Source of the DNA: an uncultured bacterium
GTDB taxonomy: Bacteria > Krumholzibacteriota > Krumholzibacteriia > JACNKJ01
Direction of reading: 5' to 3'
NCBI GenBank assembly: GCA_963695095.1
Contig: CAVOFT010000001.1
Location: 1,600,001-1,664,000 of the forward strand
DNA: 64,000 bases
Shown here: positions 58,859 through 64,000 of the stretch, in pieces
Layout: the number at the start of each line of letters is the position of its first letter
How positions within the stretch are numbered: the first letter of the stretch is position 1
The notes under the pieces: generated by a model
The model's input: only the letters and a program-made list of their open reading frames with translations
Told to the model about the DNA's origin: nothing
Databases searched by the model: none
Made by a program: the position numbers and the translations under genes

Positions 58859-59269
58859 CTATTCCTCATCCGCGGCGACAACGTTCACGCGGCGAGGCGG
58901 GCCCGACCAGAGCCCATCGCGCGTGCAATAGGCCAGGGCCGTCAGTTCGAGCGTACCTGCTGCGGGCACCAGATTGAAAGTGACCATTGGATTGCCCTGC
59001 GCACCCTGCCCGCCCAGGAGGCCCTGGACGAGGCGGGCCTCGGCGAGGAGCCGCTCGCCGCTCCAGAGCTGAAGCCAGGCGACGTAATGCTCGGGCTCGT
59101 CCGGATGCTCGGACTCGTGCCCCACGCGCACGGCCACCGGGAAGGGCTCGCCCTCCCGGGTCTGCTCGACGCAGTGGATGAAGGGGACATGCTCGTCGCC
59201 GGGCGCCGGCTCTGCGCCGCGCGCGGCAGCGGCGGCGCTGACCGGCCCCTCGTGGATGCGAATCGGCAT
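58859..59269 (-). CDS. Superoxide reductase-like (desulfoferrodoxin/neelaredoxin domain) protein
   Basis: EHVPFI, HPDEPEHY, YCTRDGLW. Confidence 0.78.
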   Translation of the reverse strand: MPIRIHEGPVSAAAAARGAEPAPGDEHVPFIHCVEQTREGEPFPVAVRVGHESEHPDEPEHYVAWLQLWSGERLLAEARLVQGLLGGQGAQGNPMVTFNLVPAAGTLELTALAYCTRDGLWSGPPRRVNVVAADEE

Positions 59270-59300
59270 CTCGAACCTCCTGGCCGCGCGGCGAGCCCGC

Positions 59301-60104
59301 TCAGCCGACGATATCCTCGCCGCCGTCCACACCGATGACATTGCCCGTGAGCCAGTCCGTGCCCGGTCCGGCCAGGGCTACCAGTGCGGCGGCGACGTCC
59401 TCGGGCTGCGTCAGGCGGCCCGAGGGGTTGCGCTCCCTGGCCATCGCCAGGATGCGCTCGTTGCCGGGGATCATGCGCAGGGCCGGGGTGTCCGTGACGC
59501 CGGCCCGCAGGGCGTTCACCGTGATGCCGCGAGGAGCCAGCTCCATGGCCATCTGCCGCGTGTGGCTCTCCAGGGCCGCCTTGGCCGCGCTGACCGCTCC
59601 GTAGCTCGGCATCACGCGGCCGGCGCCCGAGGAGGTCATCGAGTAGATGCGGCTGCCGGTCCCCAGCAGGCCGGCGGCCAGCAGATCCTGCGTCCAGTAG
59701 ACGAGGCTATGCGCCATGACGTCCAGGGTCATCTCCATGCGGTCGCGGCCCATGGGCTTGTTCTCCTCGGTTCCGGCCGCGGGGAAGTAGGGCAGCAGGG
59801 AGCCGAAGGCCAGGCTGTGCAGGAGCACCTTGAAGCGAACGACGCCGGCCGCCTTGAGCTGCGCGATGACCTCATCGCGCTTGTCCTGGCTGGAGGCGTT
59901 GACGTTGAAGAAGAGCGGTCCCGCGCCGGCGGCCTCCAGCTCCGCGATCAGCTCCTGCACCTTGGGCAGCGTGGCCCGCCGGTCGAGATGGACGCCGGCG
60001 ATCCGGCAGCCCTGGCGGGCCAGCGCCAGGGCGGAGGCGGCGCCGAATCCGCTGGAGGCACCGAGAATGAGGGCCCAGTGGCCCGCGAACGCTTGGCTGG
60101 GCAT
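59301..60104 (-). CDS. SDR oxidoreductase, FabL/enoyl-ACP reductase-like
   Basis: LILGASSGFG, YGAVSAAKAALES, RLTQPEDVA, VDGG. Confidence 0.88.
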   Translation of the reverse strand: MPSQAFAGHWALILGASSGFGAASALALARQGCRIAGVHLDRRATLPKVQELIAELEAAGAGPLFFNVNASSQDKRDEVIAQLKAAGVVRFKVLLHSLAFGSLLPYFPAAGTEENKPMGRDRMEMTLDVMAHSLVYWTQDLLAAGLLGTGSRIYSMTSSGAGRVMPSYGAVSAAKAALESHTRQMAMELAPRGITVNALRAGVTDTPALRMIPGNERILAMARERNPSGRLTQPEDVAAALVALAGPGTDWLTGNVIGVDGGEDIVG

Positions 60105-60247
60105 CGCAGCCTCCGGTGAGGGGGTGCGGCAGGATTAGCACGCAGAGCCGGGGGGCGTCAACGCGCCGCGCCTGGGCTGGCGTCTCGACAGGGGACGTGG
60201 CATACTGTCACGCCGCGCCGCCGGCCGGCGGCGCGAGCTAGCCCGAA

Positions 60248-61207
60248 ATGCTCGAGGTCGACAGCGTGCGCGCTCCAGTGGCCATCTACACCGATGCCAG
60301 CGGCTTGGCTCACGACACGGGCCACGGCCATCCCGAGCGGCCGGCCCGCATCGAGGCCCTGGAGCGGCTTTTCGCCCAGCTCGATCCCGCCCGCTTCCAC
60401 TGGATCCGCAGTGCCGAGCCCGCCGGCGAGGAGGCCATCACCGCCGTGCACACGGTGGGGCACTTCGCGCGGGTTCGCGCCGGCTGCGCCGAGGGCCCCG
60501 GCTACCTCGATCCCGATACGCCAGTGGTGCCTGCGAGCTGGCCGGCTGCCCTCGGGGCGGCCGGCGCGACGCTGGCCGCTTGTCGCAGCGTGGCCGCCGG
60601 CGAGGCGCGCCGGGCCTTCTGCGCTCTGCGCCCCCCGGGCCACCACGCCGAGTCCAGCCGGGCGATGGGCTTCTGTCTCTTCAACAACGCGGCCGTCGCC
60701 GCCCGGGCGCTGCAGGACGAGGGCCTCGCGGGCAAGGTGGCCATCGTCGACTTCGATGTCCACCACGGCAACGGTACCCAGGAGATCTTCTGGACGGATC
60801 CCTCCGTGCTCTACGCGAGCTGCCACCAGTCGCCGCTCTACCCGGGCACCGGCCGCCGCAATGAAGTGGGCGCGGGACCCGGTCTGGAGTTCACGCTCAA
60901 CCGGCCGCTGGGGCCCGGGAGCGGCGACGAGCAGTTCCTGCACTGGGCCGAGGGCGAGCTCGCCCGCACCCTGCGCAACTACAAGCCGAACTTCCTGCTC
61001 GTCTCGGCCGGCTACGATGCCCACGCCGCCGACCCGATGGCCCAGCTCGAGGTCAGCACGGAGGGCTTCGGCCGCTTCACCGCCCTGCTGGCCGCCCTCG
61101 CCGACGAGCTCTGCGGCGGCCGCCTCGTGGCCGTGCTCGAAGGCGGTTACGATCTTGGCGCCCTCGTCGAGTCGGTGGCTGCCAGCCTCGAGGCCCTGGC
61201 CGGCTGA
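60248..61207 (+). CDS. Histone deacetylase family amidohydrolase
   Basis: HPERPAR, RPPGHHA, MGFCLFNN, DFDVHHGNGTQ, SAGYDAH, LEGGY. Confidence 0.93.
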   Translation: MLEVDSVRAPVAIYTDASGLAHDTGHGHPERPARIEALERLFAQLDPARFHWIRSAEPAGEEAITAVHTVGHFARVRAGCAEGPGYLDPDTPVVPASWPAALGAAGATLAACRSVAAGEARRAFCALRPPGHHAESSRAMGFCLFNNAAVAARALQDEGLAGKVAIVDFDVHHGNGTQEIFWTDPSVLYASCHQSPLYPGTGRRNEVGAGPGLEFTLNRPLGPGSGDEQFLHWAEGELARTLRNYKPNFLLVSAGYDAHAADPMAQLEVSTEGFGRFTALLAALADELCGGRLVAVLEGGYDLGALVESVAASLEALAG

Positions 61208-61210
61208 CCC

Positions 61211-61239
61211 TTGCCGGGCTCTCTCCCCTCTGCTATCTT
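61211..61239 (+). promoter_or_regulatory. Sigma70-like promoter of efp
   Basis: TTGCCG-N17-TATCTT. Confidence 0.5.
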
Positions 61240-61286
61240 GCGCTCCTGCCAGGGCCTAGGCTGCCCGTCACCGCGTGAGGATGCGC

Positions 61287-61847
61287 ATGAAGATCGTTGC
61301 CACCCAGATTCGTGCCGGCCAGATCCACCAGATCGATGGCGAGCTCTACCGGGTCACCGAGATGAACCACGTCACGCCGGGCAAGGGGCCGGCCCACGTG
61401 CAGGTCAAGATGAAGAACCTGCAGAGCGGCACGAACAAAGAGGTTCGCTATGGTTCCCCGGACAAGGTGGAGCGGGTGGACGTCCTCAGCAGCAAGATGA
61501 CCTTCAGCTACCAGGACGGCAGCGACTACGTCTTCATGGACGATGCGAGCTTCGAGCAGACCCACATTCCCGGGGACCTGCTCAGCGAGGCCCTGCCCTA
61601 CCTGGTCGAAAACACCACCGTCGACGTGCAGACCTTCGAGGGCCGCGTGGTGGGGGTCGAACTGCCGAAGGTGGTGGAGATGACCGTCCAGGAGACGCCG
61701 CCCGAGGTGAAGGGGGCCACCGCCACGGCCCAGACCAAGCCGGCGACCTGCGAGACCGGTCTGGTGGTCACCGTACCCGGATTCGTGCAGATCGGCACCC
61801 GCATCCGCGTGGACACGGCGACCGGAAAGTACCTCGAGCGGGCCTGA
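61287..61847 (+). CDS. efp: Elongation factor P (Lys-type TPGKG loop)
   Basis: [36 protein letters not shown]. Confidence 0.95.
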   Translation: MKIVATQIRAGQIHQIDGELYRVTEMNHVTPGKGPAHVQVKMKNLQSGTNKEVRYGSPDKVERVDVLSSKMTFSYQDGSDYVFMDDASFEQTHIPGDLLSEALPYLVENTTVDVQTFEGRVVGVELPKVVEMTVQETPPEVKGATATAQTKPATCETGLVVTVPGFVQIGTRIRVDTATGKYLERA

Positions 61848-62001
61848 AATCCCCCTGCGCCTGCGCCTGCCGCTCGCCATTGACAAGGCTCGGCGGCCAC
61901 GCTTTCTTGTGCTCAGGACAGGAGTTGCGGGTCCTGAACTGCGGCCCTCTGCGCCGGCGCAGCTCCCGTCGAGATCCCCCGAGGATGATGGAGGAGACAG
62001 G

Positions 62002-64000
<1,999 letters not shown>

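Noticed and set aside
60248..61847. Deacetylase acting on adjacent EF-P
   Set aside because: Only adjacency supports it, and efp appears to have its own promoter.

Overview
This is a very GC-rich, gene-dense bacterial chromosomal segment. The two secreted proteins ending in FlgD-Ig sorting domains suggest a Latescibacterota/Krumholzibacteriota-like FCB lineage (inference). Contents, in order: an ECF sigma/ZAS anti-sigma operon; an extended arsenic/thiol-redox operon (arsR-arsP-trx-arsF-like-trx-ccdA-tlpA-arsC-acr3) followed by alkaline phosphatase; a secreted thioredoxin-TPR protein interrupted by an in-frame TGA in a W-U-G-S-C motif with a bacterial SECIS-like hairpin (a probable selenoprotein that the ORF track splits in two); a five-gene porin-multiheme cytochrome conduit (heme-b membrane protein, 20-heme and 16-heme cytochromes c, beta-barrel, Fe-S flavoprotein); an exported TPR-CHAT protease/ECF sigma/anti-sigma trio; a dinB-orf-lexA SOS locus with a candidate new SOS box and a structured intergenic RNA; tRNA-Glu; a hybrid histidine kinase; citrate lyase (citD-citE fused); a NikR-linked Ni/Co ECF uptake operon; prpD, efp and a partial maeB. 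Several single-base insertions break otherwise normal genes and look like assembly errors. No CRISPR array, rRNA or mobile element was seen.
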